DNA of 64,000 bases from Octopus vulgaris (taxonomy: Eukaryota). Each line of letters begins with the position of its first letter. Within the stretch, counting starts at the first letter, position 1. The notes beneath the pieces are model-generated. The model did not search any database and was not told the origin of the DNA. It saw only the letters and a program-made list of their open reading frames with translations. Shown here in pieces: positions 50,179-64,000 of this stretch. The stretch covers positions 20,460,001-20,524,000 of the forward strand of contig OX597843.1 of the NCBI GenBank assembly GCA_951406725.2, in the 5' to 3' direction. Position numbers and translations under genes: made by a program.

Positions 50179-53100
50179 TCCTATACATACAACACATAGT
50201 AAACGTGAACAAATACACAATTACATACCGGCCATATTCAGAAACGAGACATTACGTACTCCCAGAAATTTTTCTCCGATCCTGAATGCTATTTTATATG
50301 CATATAATTCGATCCAGCAGCCATAGTAAATGGTATGCACACAGCGCCATCTGGACCATTTCACTTCTGCACTTATTTTATTTTATTTTTCTTCAATCTT
50401 ATAAGTTCTCACATACATGCAAAGCCACATATTCGGGTTCAAGTCCTTGACCATTTTATACTAATAGCTATTTTTTCTTTTAATAATTACATTACTTTAG
50501 TTTTATTTCATTTACTACTTACTATACTTACTAAATTTAATTCAATTGTTATTGCTTAGCTCTAACTTTTATTGCTATTTCTATTTCTAAATTTCTTATA
50601 GAACGTCGAGTGGATCTTATGCGTACACGCCGGTATTGCATCAGTGAACTTATTTAACACTGCGTTGTTGTAATTTTTCAATATAGTATATCCTTCCCTT
50701 ATGCATAAACCGCATCTAGTGGACCCAATTCTATAGGGGGGCGTGCGCAATGATAGGCCATGATATTTTAAATTCAACATTCCTTTCCTTAAGGTCATTA
50801 ACATGTAATGCCAATGTTGTAGAGTTCTTATATTTAGGATTGTTGAAAGAGCTCAGGTGGGATCGATACCTCTGCTTAAAGTCTACTGTGCTTCCAATAT
50901 ATATTTTCTCTGGCCTCCTTGAGCCTCAACACTACATTTATAAACTACATTTTCCTGGCGACAATTTCCGCTAATCGGACATACTGATGGGCCCCCTACA
51001 ATTACATTTCTTCAACCTGCTACGGGGTCTCGTATTACTGATCACTCCGAAACCATGCCCCCTCCCAGTACTAGGATCCACCATATCATTTACACCATCG
51101 TTCCTACTATTTTCCGGTATATGTATTGTTATATGTATATGTATTGTTATTCTTACTATTACAATCATTCTTATTTTTATTTTTACTAATATTTGTATTA
51201 CCATTATCACTACAATTAACACTATTATTACCACCCTGATAATCATTATAATCACTAATATCATCACCAACATCATTATTATGATTATCTCTACTATTTG
51301 CATTATTTGTCATTCCAATACGCCCTTCATAATCGATTTCAGAAGACGTATTATTAATATTAGACATCTTCTATGTCCTTAATGAATTTTCCATTAAAGC
51401 TTCTGTCATCATTTCTATCATTATAGCGCCTTATTTTACTTCTGTTCAACGAAGCAACAATAGATTCGACATTGGGAGTGTCTGAGTAGGCCAACTTGAT
51501 TGTTGACTTGTTACATATTGAATAGTACTTATGATGTTTTGGGATATTTTCCTTCAATAACTTTAAAAATAGCTTTGGTAAACCTTTCACCCTTAATGAA
51601 AAGGGAGAGGCAAACCAAATAACTTGACGAATCCTAGAGTTGGTATTAATAATGGGATTACAATATGTTGCTTGACTTGATGTACTAAATGTAAAGCCAT
51701 TCCTGTATCTATTAGTAATATTTATATTTTTATTTTTACTAATATTAGTATTATTCTTATTCCTATTTTTACCTTCACTAGACCTAAGCCCAACTTTAAA
51801 CCTCAATTCACATTTATGACTGCTATAATTTGCAACCCCTTCCCTCCCGTTGCTGTTATCATCCATGGTATTTTCATCATCACAATTCTCATTATTAACC
51901 TTATTAACGTGGTTACCATTTACAAAACCAACCACATCACATTCATTTCTCTTATTTCCAAATCTGCTTTTATCAGCTTGTTGCAAGTACCTTGGGGATC
52001 ATGAGGGGAGCCTCTGCTATCCGAAACCCGTTTCATACCGTCGCTGACCATGCTGGCCAACTTAATTTTTAATTTTGTATTGTGCATGTATTCAATATTA
52101 TTTGTGAACCCACTCAATTTTAAGGCATTGTTGTATATTGGGGCGTGTTGATTAAAGATGTTTTTTCGCCGATAGGTTTGAGATTCTGATAGAAATTGCC
52201 GTTACAATGCTATTGATGGTTGATTTGGGATGATTTGAGGAAACATTGATATATCGGAAAGTTTGGTTTGGTTTTCGGAAAGGGTAGTGTAAGCTAGTAT
52301 TCAGATAGAGAGTGATGTCGAAGAAATCTGCCACTTTAGGATTATTCTCAAAAACGATGCTTAAATTATAAAAGTCCTTGAGAAATTCTCTAAGGTCCTC
52401 CTTCATTCTTTCAATCTGAGGATTTGAATGATTAGAGACGATGAATAATGCGTCATCCCAGTAAATCCCTCCGGATAGAGATGGAAAAAACCGCTTAAAC
52501 TTGTCTAACAAAAATAGATCAACAATATCCGTTACTTGAGCTGAGGCCGATGATCCCATAGTGATGTCGAATAAAATAAAAGAATGCGATTTAGACCAGT
52601 GGTGTTTTCCATAATTTATCAGAGTCATTCTTGCTGCTTGAATAATATCAATATCTAGATTCGATATTTCAACAAAGTTCCGGGCTAAAATAATTGCTTT
52701 ATTCAGTAAGATGGGAGAGATCGAGGATTAGTAATTCGAAATATCAAATTGTACAAATGAAGATGAGTCATCACATTTAATTGTGTGAAACCAATATTAA
52801 ACATCATTGGTAGATTCCCATAAGGGCAACATCGTCCTTTCTCTTATCACTGGAATAATTCTATCCAATATGGATTTGCTGATTCTACCCAAGTCAGATT
52901 TAGTTGGGCAAATTAATCATATTGACAGTTTGGCAAGAAAATCTTTTTAATGGGCCTTTAGGGTGCAGTGCGGGGTCTTAGGATCATAAGGTTGCGTGCG
53001 GTCAAGGATTACTTAATTCAGAAATTAAGTCGTAGTGTCTATTATTAATGTCGGTAAGAGCCGATTTCTTGGCGATTTTGTATTTAGCTTGCAGCTCTTT

Positions 53101-53301
53101 GGATATCAATTCATCATAAGTTTCATAAGGCACTGAATAAATATTGCCTGTTTTATCAGAAAGAATGTGTGGATTAGGATCTAAATGTTGGGCTTTATAG
53201 ATATAAATGAGTATATGAAGATTTGTATGTGTTTGGTCTTTCTGTGGATTTTGTGATGCTCCTGTGGTTGTTGCTCCATTGCCTCCCCGCGGATAAAAAA
53301 A

Positions 53302-53345
<44 letters not shown>

Positions 53346-56328
53346 ATATGCGGAGCAAAACTGTATAAAAATTTGTTATTCACAATGCACCTAAATTTGG
53401 ATTTTTAAAAAATTACCTTATTTGAATTGTTTTTAAATAACCTTATTTACATACATACCAAATTAGTTTCAACAATACTTAGAAATAATGAACTAGAAAA
53501 ACTTGTTTCAATGTTTATAAGTTTCAGTAATTATGAAATATGATTTAAATATTCATAACATTCAATAATATAAAAATGTGGAATATCTTGTTTAAAAGCA
53601 TAACATTCAAAAGATCGATTAGAAATGTGTATCATCAGAGTTTCGGCCATACAGGGTAAAGAAGAAGGAAAACAAGGGAGAAATTGAGATAGTGGAAAAA
53701 GGGAAATCTTTGAGCACAGTCCCTGTGAATCATTTTCCGTCGTGTGCAAGGACTTTTGCTTGTAACGGCCTTTTTGGGAATTGGATGTGTTTACAATTAT
53801 TTCCGTGAACCATTCTGATATTTGATTCATTAAATTACAGGTGGCGTCTAATTTTTCTGCTGGGCAAGGTTGTGGTTCTGCCTGATCGACGTCCCTGTGG
53901 GGGACGGTCATCAGCCATTCCAGTTGGTTGATTCTCTTAAAGCGTCACTTTGTTGTATTTGCTCAAGTTCGGTTCTGATCAGATGTAAAATTTCAATGAT
54001 TTATGTGACATCAGCAACTGGTGTTTATATGGTGTTATTGTATGGTGATTTGGATTTGCTATTTCGAAACCCGCGTTGATGACTGGTACTAAAGATTTTT
54101 GAATTATGTCTGTTGCATCTCGATTTTTTATTGTGGAAAAATTGTTTCTTTTTCATTTTTCTGTTTACTGTTTAAACAGAGGTGAATAAGAGAGAATGAA
54201 TTAAACGATATTCTTTATTCCATAACACTACCATTGTATATTGTTCAGATGATGTAATTAATATATAGTGCATGGATCAGTGGTTAGAGCGTGGAGCTTA
54301 CAATCATGAGGTTGTGAGTTCGAATCCCGGACCGGGCTGGGTGTTGTATTCTTGAGCAAGACCCTTTATTTCGCGTTGCTCCAGTTCACTCAGCTGTAGA
54401 AATGAGTTGCGACGTCACAGGTTCCAAGTTGTATCGGCAGTTGCCTTTCCCTTAGATAGAGAGGGGCGGCCGGTATGCATGGGTGACTGCTGTTCTTCCA
54501 TAAACAAACCTGCCCGGACTTATGCCTGGGAGGGTAACTTTCTAGGTGCAATCCCACGGTCAGTAATGACCGACGGAGGTCTCAACCATCTATCGTAGGT
54601 GTAAAATATGCTTTTATTTGAGTATTTCAAAAAGTTCTCCGTTAGATCATACTATCATTTCACAGACACATGTTCCACCTTTGAAGAATGGCAGTGATCA
54701 CACAAGAAATTAACCCAGTATTAACCATACTGGTCTTACAAAGAATAAGTCCCGGGGTCGATTTGCTCGACTAAAAGGCGGTGTTCCAGCATGGCCGAAG
54801 TCAAATGACTGAAACAAGTAAAAGAGTAAAAGAGGGAGTAAAGAGTATTTGAAAGATTTTGGACTCTACTCCATGGAGCGAAAACCGGAGATGTATTTAG
54901 TGATATGTGTGGAAGTTACTAGGGAAGCTGGTATCAAACTTTGGAATTCAGAATTATACCAAACCCCGAATTGGACGTCACTGCACTGTTCCAAAATTCC
55001 CGGCTCTCTCATTTAATATTAGGAGAATGTACTGCAATAGTTTGGAGTTCAAGTGCTCACAGATATTTTACAGATCTGAAGAGTGGGTTTAGATGTTTCA
55101 ACATACGACTTGACCTCTTGCTATACAAGTGAACCAATATCAGGGCAGGAAACTCAAAAGACTGCAGCGGTAGCGAACTCCGGCCAATCCCATAAACTCG
55201 GCCAGTCGAAAAGTGTTTACACTGGTGGGGCCCCAGCATCGACACAGCCTCAGGGTTAAAACATATAAAAGAATAAAAGAATATATATATATATATATAT
55301 ATGAATGAAGGTTTGAAAATGCAATTTTAAAAGATGTTTATTTACTTGACCAGTTCCACTCTTTTAGAAAAAAGATTGTCAAAAGTAACATGTAAAAGCT
55401 TTGTTGTGTTAGGTACTGGTGGTCTACAATACATACAGACATTCTTTGATAATAATATGAACATTTAGGTAGTATTTAAATGTACAATGAGGGAGATATG
55501 TTTAGTTTGAAGTGACCTGATTCCGCATATTATCGTAAAAGCTTTTACGATAATATGGGGAATCAAGCCAGTTCAAACTAAACATATCTCCCTCATTGTA
55601 CATTTATATACTACCAAAATGTAACCTTTTTGAACTTATAATTTTCTGTGTGTATATATACAGATACAATACCAATTTTCCTCTGAACTTTTTAATAATT
55701 CTTTCTGTAAACTGTTTTTAACATTCTCTTTTTATTATCAAAGAATGTATATATGTATTGTAATCTTTTGTACCCAATATTTTAATGAACTTGTCAAATT
55801 TCTTTTATATTTTCCCAAGATTTTCCCTTGTAAACTGTGTTTAACATATTCTTATTATTATCAAAGAATGTATATATGTATTGTAATATTTTGTGACAAC
55901 CAGTACCTAACACAACAAAGCGTTTACATGTTGCTTTTGACAATTCTTTCTAAATAACTGAAACCGGTCAAGCAAATAAACATTTTTTAACATTGCATTT
56001 TCAAACCTTCTTTGATATATAATTCCACTCGTGCGGTACCTTACAACTCGAAACATTACGTACGACAGTGGTTCTTACGTAATGTTTCGAGTGTATGGGC
56101 GCACGAATAAATCACAGCTTAATCCAGAGCATGTTCATCATATTTTTCCGACATCCTCGGTATTATGCATTGGGAGCTTTTTCGGGGAGGACGTTTGGGG
56201 AAAATGACCGGATCTGGATTCGCGAAGTATTGAATTTTTCACGACAAAAATGCACCAGAGTACACGGAGAAGAACTAAATACAGAAGCAAAATTCTTATC
56301 ACACAGCCATGCCAATGCCTACGCGAAA

Positions 56329-56368
<40 letters not shown>

Positions 56369-56578
56369 GTATGACGGAAATGGAAAATGAATTCTACGTG
56401 ATACATTAATCATTACTGCTGTTTCAACCCGTCTTCAATCGGCCCCTCACGGATGAGATAATGGTCGATTGGCCGCGGTGCATCTTTATTTGAAGATGTT
56501 TCTCATCAGTTGACATTTCAAAAAGTACTCTACTCAATAAACTCGGTTTCACTTGGTTCCATTATAATGTATTTCGTT

Positions 56579-56634
<56 letters not shown>

Positions 56635-57675
56635 TTAAAAAAATAATAATAATGATAATAATAATAATAATTTTAGTGCGAATAAGGTGAAGAAGAAGAA
56701 GAAAAAGGAGAAGGAGAAGGAGAAGAAGGTGAAGAAGAACAAAAACAATGACAACAACAACAATAATAACAACGAAGAAGTCGGTGATGAAGAAAAAGTA
56801 ATATAAGTAGCAAAAAAACAGACAAGAAGGACAAGCAAAACAATAACAAGAAAATTCGGGAATGAGGATAGAAATGATAATAAAAACTATATCAACATAA
56901 GTAAAATTATCAGACATACACACAGACACCAATTAATTGGTGATGACGACGTTGATTATTATGAGGTTCATAACGAAGTTGATAATGATTCTGCATGCTA
57001 GAAATAGCAGAGTAAATGGTGGAAGGAAATAGTTATAATGACAAGATAAATTATAACGATTAGTGAAAACGAAAATATGATTAGCAGAAGGACGATATAT
57101 ATGATAGCGCTGAAGATGATGATGACGATGATAATGATGACGAAGATGACGATGATGATTATGATGATGATGATGATAATGATGACGAAGATGACGATGA
57201 TGATTATGATGATGATGATGATGATGATGACGACGACGACGACGATGATGATGATGATGATGATGATGATGACGACGACGATGATGATGATGATGATGAT
57301 GAATTGTGACGATGATGATAGTAACGATCGTGACAATGATGATGAAGAAAGATGTGATGAAAAATTAGAAATTGATAAGAATAACGAGAAAGGTGAAGGA
57401 AAATAAATGATTGAACGGATGAATATAGAGAAGTAGAAAAAGAAGAAGCGAAAATGATTCATGAAGAGAGGAGAAATCAGTTGATTAAAAGCAGAAGAAC
57501 CAGAAAATGATGAACAAGATGAATGTAGAGAAATATTGTGAAGAAGACGATAAATGCAGGAAAAGAAGATATATTAAGACAAGAAAAATAACGCGGAATA
57601 TCAGAATGGGGAAACACGTGGGAATAAAGGAATATAAATACAAAAACTATAGTCACACATCAAACAAACGCAAAC

Positions 57676-57834
<159 letters not shown>

Positions 57835-58386
57835 GATTATGCATTTGATTTGCAAGAATTTTGATGTTAAATCGTGTGTTGAAACAGATATTGTTGTATT
57901 TAGGAATGGTCATTTTGCCAGTTTAGCCAATAAAAACACACGCACTATATGTTTGGTGTTATTGTGCTTCGGTGTATTTATTTTTTACATTAATCTTATT
58001 TCGACCAAAGTACTTTCGTCACACTCCTGTGACCTCATCAATAGTCCTTTGCTTTCTTCTTTCATATTTGTGTGTCTCTCCTTACTAACGATCAGCCATT
58101 TTGTATTTTGTATTCCTATTGTACGTGTCTTCATTTGCGCATGGGTATACCTCTATATGAGTCTATGTTTAGTTAGTGTGTGTGTGGGGGGGGGGGAGTG
58201 CCTGTAATATTTGTATCTCCTGTTTATATATGTTCAAAAGAACTCTGGCCGAAATAAGATTAAATTTAATGTAAAAAATAAATAACGCTGAAGCAAAGTA
58301 ACACCAAATATATAGTGTGTGTGTTTTTATTGGCTAAAATGGCAAAATGACCATTCCTAAATACAACAACAATATATATATATATA

Positions 58387-58447
<61 letters not shown>

Positions 58448-58759
58448 ATACACACATCCACCTATATATACCTTATCAAACCCTGATGTATGAACGCACA
58501 CACTCACTTCCAGCCCACACATATATTCCCACTTTCTTACACACAGGCAAACACAAATTGCAAGACAATATGAATTGTAGAAGAATGAGGGTAAATAAAC
58601 AAGATAAGAGAGACATTCAGTTTGTGGAAATGACATTGGATGACATATCGTGATCTTATTATGAAGAAGATGACTAACACAAAAGAAAGTCTCCCGCCCC
58701 TAAGCCCTAGACCATCACCTAATCACCCTTATCCGTCTTGTTGCCCAAACCGCAACACC

Positions 58760-58761
58760 AA

Positions 58762-58803
<42 letters not shown>

Positions 58804-58805
58804 TG

Positions 58806-58854
<49 letters not shown>

Positions 58855-58980
58855 AAGAAGAAGAAGAAGAAGAAGAAGAAGAAGAAAAAGAAGAAGAAAA
58901 AGAAAAAGAAGGATAAGAAGAATAAGATGATGATGATGATGATTACGATGATAACGATGATGAGCAACAACAACAGCATC
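58760..58980. repeat. Compound (CAG)n-(TAG)n-(AAG)n-(GAT)n microsatellite
   Basis: Seen directly; not present in the first copy. Confidence 0.95.
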
Positions 58981-61900
58981 AACATTAAAACAACAATAAG
59001 TGAAGTGGCAGAAAATGTCGGAGCTGAAGAAAAGAATGATGTAAAAAATAAGGAGGAAACGAAGGAGTCTGTCATGAAGAAAACTTAAATATAATATTTC
59101 TGATCTTATAATAATTCTGCTTGTCATTATGTTAATTTGTCCGTCGGTAACGCGTTCTCGTGATTAGAGAAAAAGAGGGAGAACGAAAAAGAGCGAAAGT
59201 GAAATGTCCATGACCTTAGGTAGAAGGAACGTGACTGTAATGCTTTCACGTGATTAGTTAAATGGAATGAGAGACCAAGAGAAAGAAAAAGGAATGAGAA
59301 AACGATAGTAAGTCGAAGAGTGGGGCAGAAAGAGAGGGAGAGGGAGAAAAGGGGAGAGAGAAAAAACCGAGGGAGAAAAAGAGGGAGAGAACATTGTGGT
59401 AGGGGGAACGTAATATTTATTACGTGAAGAAAATGTTAGATGAAGGTCGTGATATTGAGGAGGGTTACGAATATAATTTTAGTAGAACGGTGATGTTCTG
59501 ATGGTGAGATTAAAATAAGGCAGATAGGTAGATAAAGAGATAGGTAGATAAACTGAGAAAATGAGAGAAAGGGGGAGTGAGAGACGGTGGTAGTGGTGGT
59601 AGTGGTAATTGTGAGTGCATAATGCAAAGTAACTTTTGAATTGAACTAAGTATTTTATACCACCTTTCACTTAACACATGCTCATAAATGCAATTCTGCT
59701 AAATATTCACACTTATTTACAGTGTCATATGTACGACGCATATATATATATATATATATATATATAACAATTAAGAAATATATACACTATAATTAAAATA
59801 TATATATTTCAATTAAAATAAAGGTGGACACAGTAAATTCCATCTCTACAAGACCCCGATTAATGTTGTTACTGCTTCTCATACATGCCGCCGTTGGTAG
59901 TGCTTCCGCTATGGGTGAGATAGAAATTCGCAATTTAAGGTTATTTGATCCTTTTTCCAAAGCTGTGCTTATGAAATAAGCAAATTACAAAACTTGACTG
60001 AAGAATGGAAAGTTAAAGAAAATTAAAAGCTACTAGCGAGAGGGTTAGGCACTAAGGGCAGCGAATAAGAGAAGAACAGCGGTAAGAAACCAGAGAAAGG
60101 GACAAATGGTACCAACAGATGAGACGATCTGCAATAGATGAAGAGCAACGCAAGGCACAGTTGTAATGAGAGAGAATGCGAGACCAAGGTAGAAGACAGG
60201 ATGAAGAAGAACAAACACAGTACAAGGAACAACAAAGATTGATATTTCAGCGGAGAATGGAAAACATGAATGATATGCAGCGTGCGCAGTATCAGGACCA
60301 ACAGAAAAGCGTAATGTAACAGAGAAGGGAGAATATGGATGATTTGGAAAGGGCTGCTTGTCTCCAAGGTCAAACAAAGAGACATCAAGATGGAGTTGCA
60401 AGTATGAATGCTGAACAGGCGTTACGTTTGCGAGATGAACAGGTGCAACGAAAGCGTGAAGCAAGACATGGACTACCACAGAACAGACACAATAATCCTA
60501 AACGAACCTATCGTATTGGTGATATGTACTTATATTGCGAGTATTGTGGAGCACTGAACTTTAAATATGAAAACTTCATTGTCCTGTCACAATAATAAAG
60601 TGAATTTTTCTCCACTGCAACTAAACTTTCAGACATTGAAGCGTTTGTCTGAGAAAATTACCAAGAGTCTGCTTCATTTCGAAAAAAACATCAGCAATTA
60701 CAACTGCATATCTTCCTTTACGTCATTTGGTGTGACACTCTCTGTGCCGCAAGGAAGAGGTCTACATTGTTTCTGTATTGTTGTGGAAGGATTCCAACAA
60801 CCTTCCAATTGACTGGAAGGGTACTGACACATTCCTATTAAATAGACAACTGTCGAGTCTTCAGCAATTAATTGGTAAATAGTTCACTGTGAGCCATTGA
60901 CAGAGAGCGTTGGGTAATCGTGTCGCATCGTGTAAACACTTTCTTTCCCCCTGATTACTAAAATCATATGTTCCAAACCAGGGTATAAAAGTGGCGAAGA
61001 GTTCTTCGAAGTTTGCGTTGGATGTTTAAATTTGTTTGGGATGGGTATGAAACCAAAGAAAAATCGTTTAAGATAGAAGGCTTATTGGCGTCTGTGGTGC
61101 AGTTGCAACAGCAACAATAGTAACAACAACAAGAGCAACTACAACAGCAACAACAACAAAACCAAGAGTTGCTGGAATCAATGTTAAAGAAGGCTAAAAA
61201 TATTTCAGGCGTGAACTTGCCAGACAGCGTAGCAATCTCTATTGAAGTATTCAGTTATACTCCAGAAGATGGGATTACCTTCTCTGCATAATTTCGTAGA
61301 TACGAAGAAATTCTCAAAGAAGAATTTAAAAATTGATCTGAGAGGAAAAATAGTACGACTACTTTGTAAGACAGGTATCCCTTTGCCAAATACAAAAAAA
61401 ATATAGTAATTATATTCTGCCGAAGAAGTCAGGTGAGATTTGTTTCAATAAAAACTATTAATATTTTATCAAATGATTTAGAACTGGATAAAAATTAACT
61501 CTACAGACAGAAGCAGAAAAATGCCAGGGGACTCGACGCAGAAAAAAATGAAGAAAAAGATTGCTCTCATATTCCAGTGTCTCCACCGTAACGGACCAGA
61601 TATAAGACAAAAAATGTCAAGAAGGAGTCCATGTTGTGATCTACATTTTAAAAGTAACTGCCCGTTTAAAATCCAAAATACGAAATTTTATCTAAACGTT
61701 TCAGTGAAAGAAGTTCTCTGCTAAATACTTGAGGATAGTTTTTATATTTTGTCCAAAAACATGAAAATTTCGTCACCTGTGCCGAGGCTGTTAACGGAAA
61801 GTGTAAATAATTCAAATTATATGAATTAAGATGATGTTCAATATTATATTTTTGGTTTAAGGCCTAACTGCAAGCAAAGATGGAGATATATGTTCACGGA

Positions 61901-64000
61901 TGTCAACAAAATTAGAACTGGACAAAAAGTAACTCTACAGACAGAAGTAGAAGAATGTCAGGAAAGACGACGCAGAAAAAAATGAAGAAAGCGACGCCCA
62001 AAACGGAATTGAAGAAAAAGATTGCTCTCATATTCCAGTGTCTCCAGCGTCACGGATAAGAAATAAGAGAAAAAATGTCAAGATCGAATCCATATTGTCG
62101 GTGCGGTGGTCAACATTTTAAAAGTAACAGCCCGATTAAAAATATAAAAGGCGTCAAATGTGGCAAGAGAGATCATAAACAATCACACTGTAGAACAAAC
62201 CTGGAAAACATTTCAACAGAAAGAAAACACGAAAACAGGTTATCGGTGACCAAAAAACGAACAGCCTCAAATGAAATTTGTGGACGTAAAGGTGCAACTA
62301 GATAAAGGCAGTTATATCTCGATAATTAACACAGATACATACGAAAAAACAGAATTCCTAGATTAAAAGACATTTCGAAAATTGTAGGTGGTGTTTCAGG
62401 AAAATAATTACATTTTAATGGTGTAATGATAAATCACGTCCCATTTCGTAGGTAAACCTTAAAAACCAAAGATATCACAAATTTATTCGGAACACTGAAT
62501 AGAATTGTTTAACTTATGGGAACTCCCATAAATCTTTTCAGTAAAAATGTGAATGATTTTCTTGCCAATACAAATGAATCGTCGGACGATTTGTAGAAAT
62601 AATTTTAAAAGATTTTTCCTGAAGTTCTTTCTGATAAATTAGATCTCAGTATCACAACAAAAACGAAGTTCCAAGTAAAAGTAAATGCCAAACCGGTATT
62701 TAAATATAAACGAACTGTAACTTTTGCATCGTGGGAACAGATAAACTTTTGCAGCGTTAGAAACAAATAAACAAAATCAGAATGTATGCTGATTTTTTCC
62801 GATGGTTTAAATGAGTGTCTTAAAACTTTCCACAAGGTATTTTCTTAATTGGATGTCTCCGACGCGTGCCTACATATTAGCGTAGACGATGAATGCTATA
62901 AATACCTAAAACGTAACGCATATATATATATATACAACAGGTTATTATATGTCTTTAATGTCACACCGATTTTTCAACAGCTTATGGATGCAGTGTTAGC
63001 GATAGTAAATTTGCATTTCCATATCTGGATGATATACACATTAAATGCGAATCATGGGATCACCATGTAGAGCAAGTAATATATATGTTCGAAAAAATTA
63101 GGGATTACATTGAAAAAGAAAGCGTGAATTTTTTTATTACCGAAAATAAAATTGAAAGAAATGGACGAGGACCAGATCCGTTGAAGGCAGACGCAATTAA
63201 ATACATGCCCCCTCCGACAAATATGACGACCTTACATGATTGCTTTGGAGACAGGCAAATTATGACCAAAATCCTATTCTCAATATGCATAGGGTAAGTG
63301 TTACAGTAGATTATGTATTTTAAAAAATGTCAATTGAAATTGCTCTGAAAATTGTCAAAGGGAATACGACGAAATTTTAAAGTATTAACATTTGATTTGT
63401 TGTTAGCACGCTTCGATTCTGTAGAGGAGAATGTTGTAACTTCAGATGCCTCTGAATACTGTATCGGCGCAGTAATGCTACATAAATAAAAAGATGGTAA
63501 CATGAAGGCGGTGGTTATTGATATCAGCAGAAAATATTACAGCCAAATCAAAAAAGAGGCTCTTGTAATTATTTTTGCCGTAAAAATTGCATAGATTTTT
63601 ACACGGCAGAAGTTTTTGAATACAGACAGATCATCGTTCGTTATTATCAGTACAAGAGTAAAAGAAATAAATATCTAGCCGTACTGCTAATAGGCTGCAA
63701 CGCTGGGGTCCTGTATCATTAAACTATGAATTTAAGATAGAGTATATACCATCTAAATGATTAGGACACGGTAATTGTTTATCAAGACAGATTTCAGATA
63801 ATGCTGAACCATTTGAAGATACCGTGATTGCTACTTTGCGAATGGAAAATGAAATTAAAAGCAAACTGTATAACTCCATATATATATATATATTATAATG
63901 AAAGTACCAGGAGTGTAAATGTACAATTGCAAAAGTGTGAACTACACTTCAGAAGAAGGGATTATATAAGGGGTTACACTTTTTCCACAAGCAATGAAAT

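Larger units (their letters stand above)
47475..53305 (-). mobile_element. Nematis-type PLE with complete GIY-YIG end and pLTR, interrupted by a Hero element
   Basis: GGIYWDD, FDITMGS, C-terminus RCGLCIREGYTI..LNK..CTH. ~110-bp inverted termini at 47478-47590 and 53200-53305. Confidence 0.82.

Noticed and set aside
58640-58930. Ser/Arg-rich, protamine-like ORF
   Set aside because: It derives from a (CAG)(TAG)(AAG) compound microsatellite.

Overview
AT-rich, microsatellite-dense animal genomic DNA made almost entirely of decayed transposons. The SINE families and the (TA)n/(GATA)n load suggest an octopod cephalopod (inference). No intact host gene is evident. Contents: RTE, CR1/L2-like, Tx1/L1-like and Hero (RLE) LINEs; Nematis- and Neptune-type Penelope-like elements (PLEs); a Helitron split by a Gypsy LTR element; mariner/maT relics; tRNA-derived SINEs. 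At large scale, ~1-17.4 kb is repeated at ~46.7-63.9 kb, with an older partial third copy at ~38.7-43.2 kb. The most striking signal is a set of minimal type I hammerhead ribozyme (HHR) motifs from about seven sequence families. Many sit in head-to-head fold-back mini-elements embedded in (TA)n with both 3' tails pointing outward, and a long Nematis PLE shows the same geometry. Also seen: a candidate decayed HDV-like ribozyme in an RTE 5' UTR, two ORF1-only retroelements, a SINE split by a 3.4 kb TSD-flanked insert, and indel-free exon-like islands in the triplicated core. Everything was read by eye; element edges are approximate.
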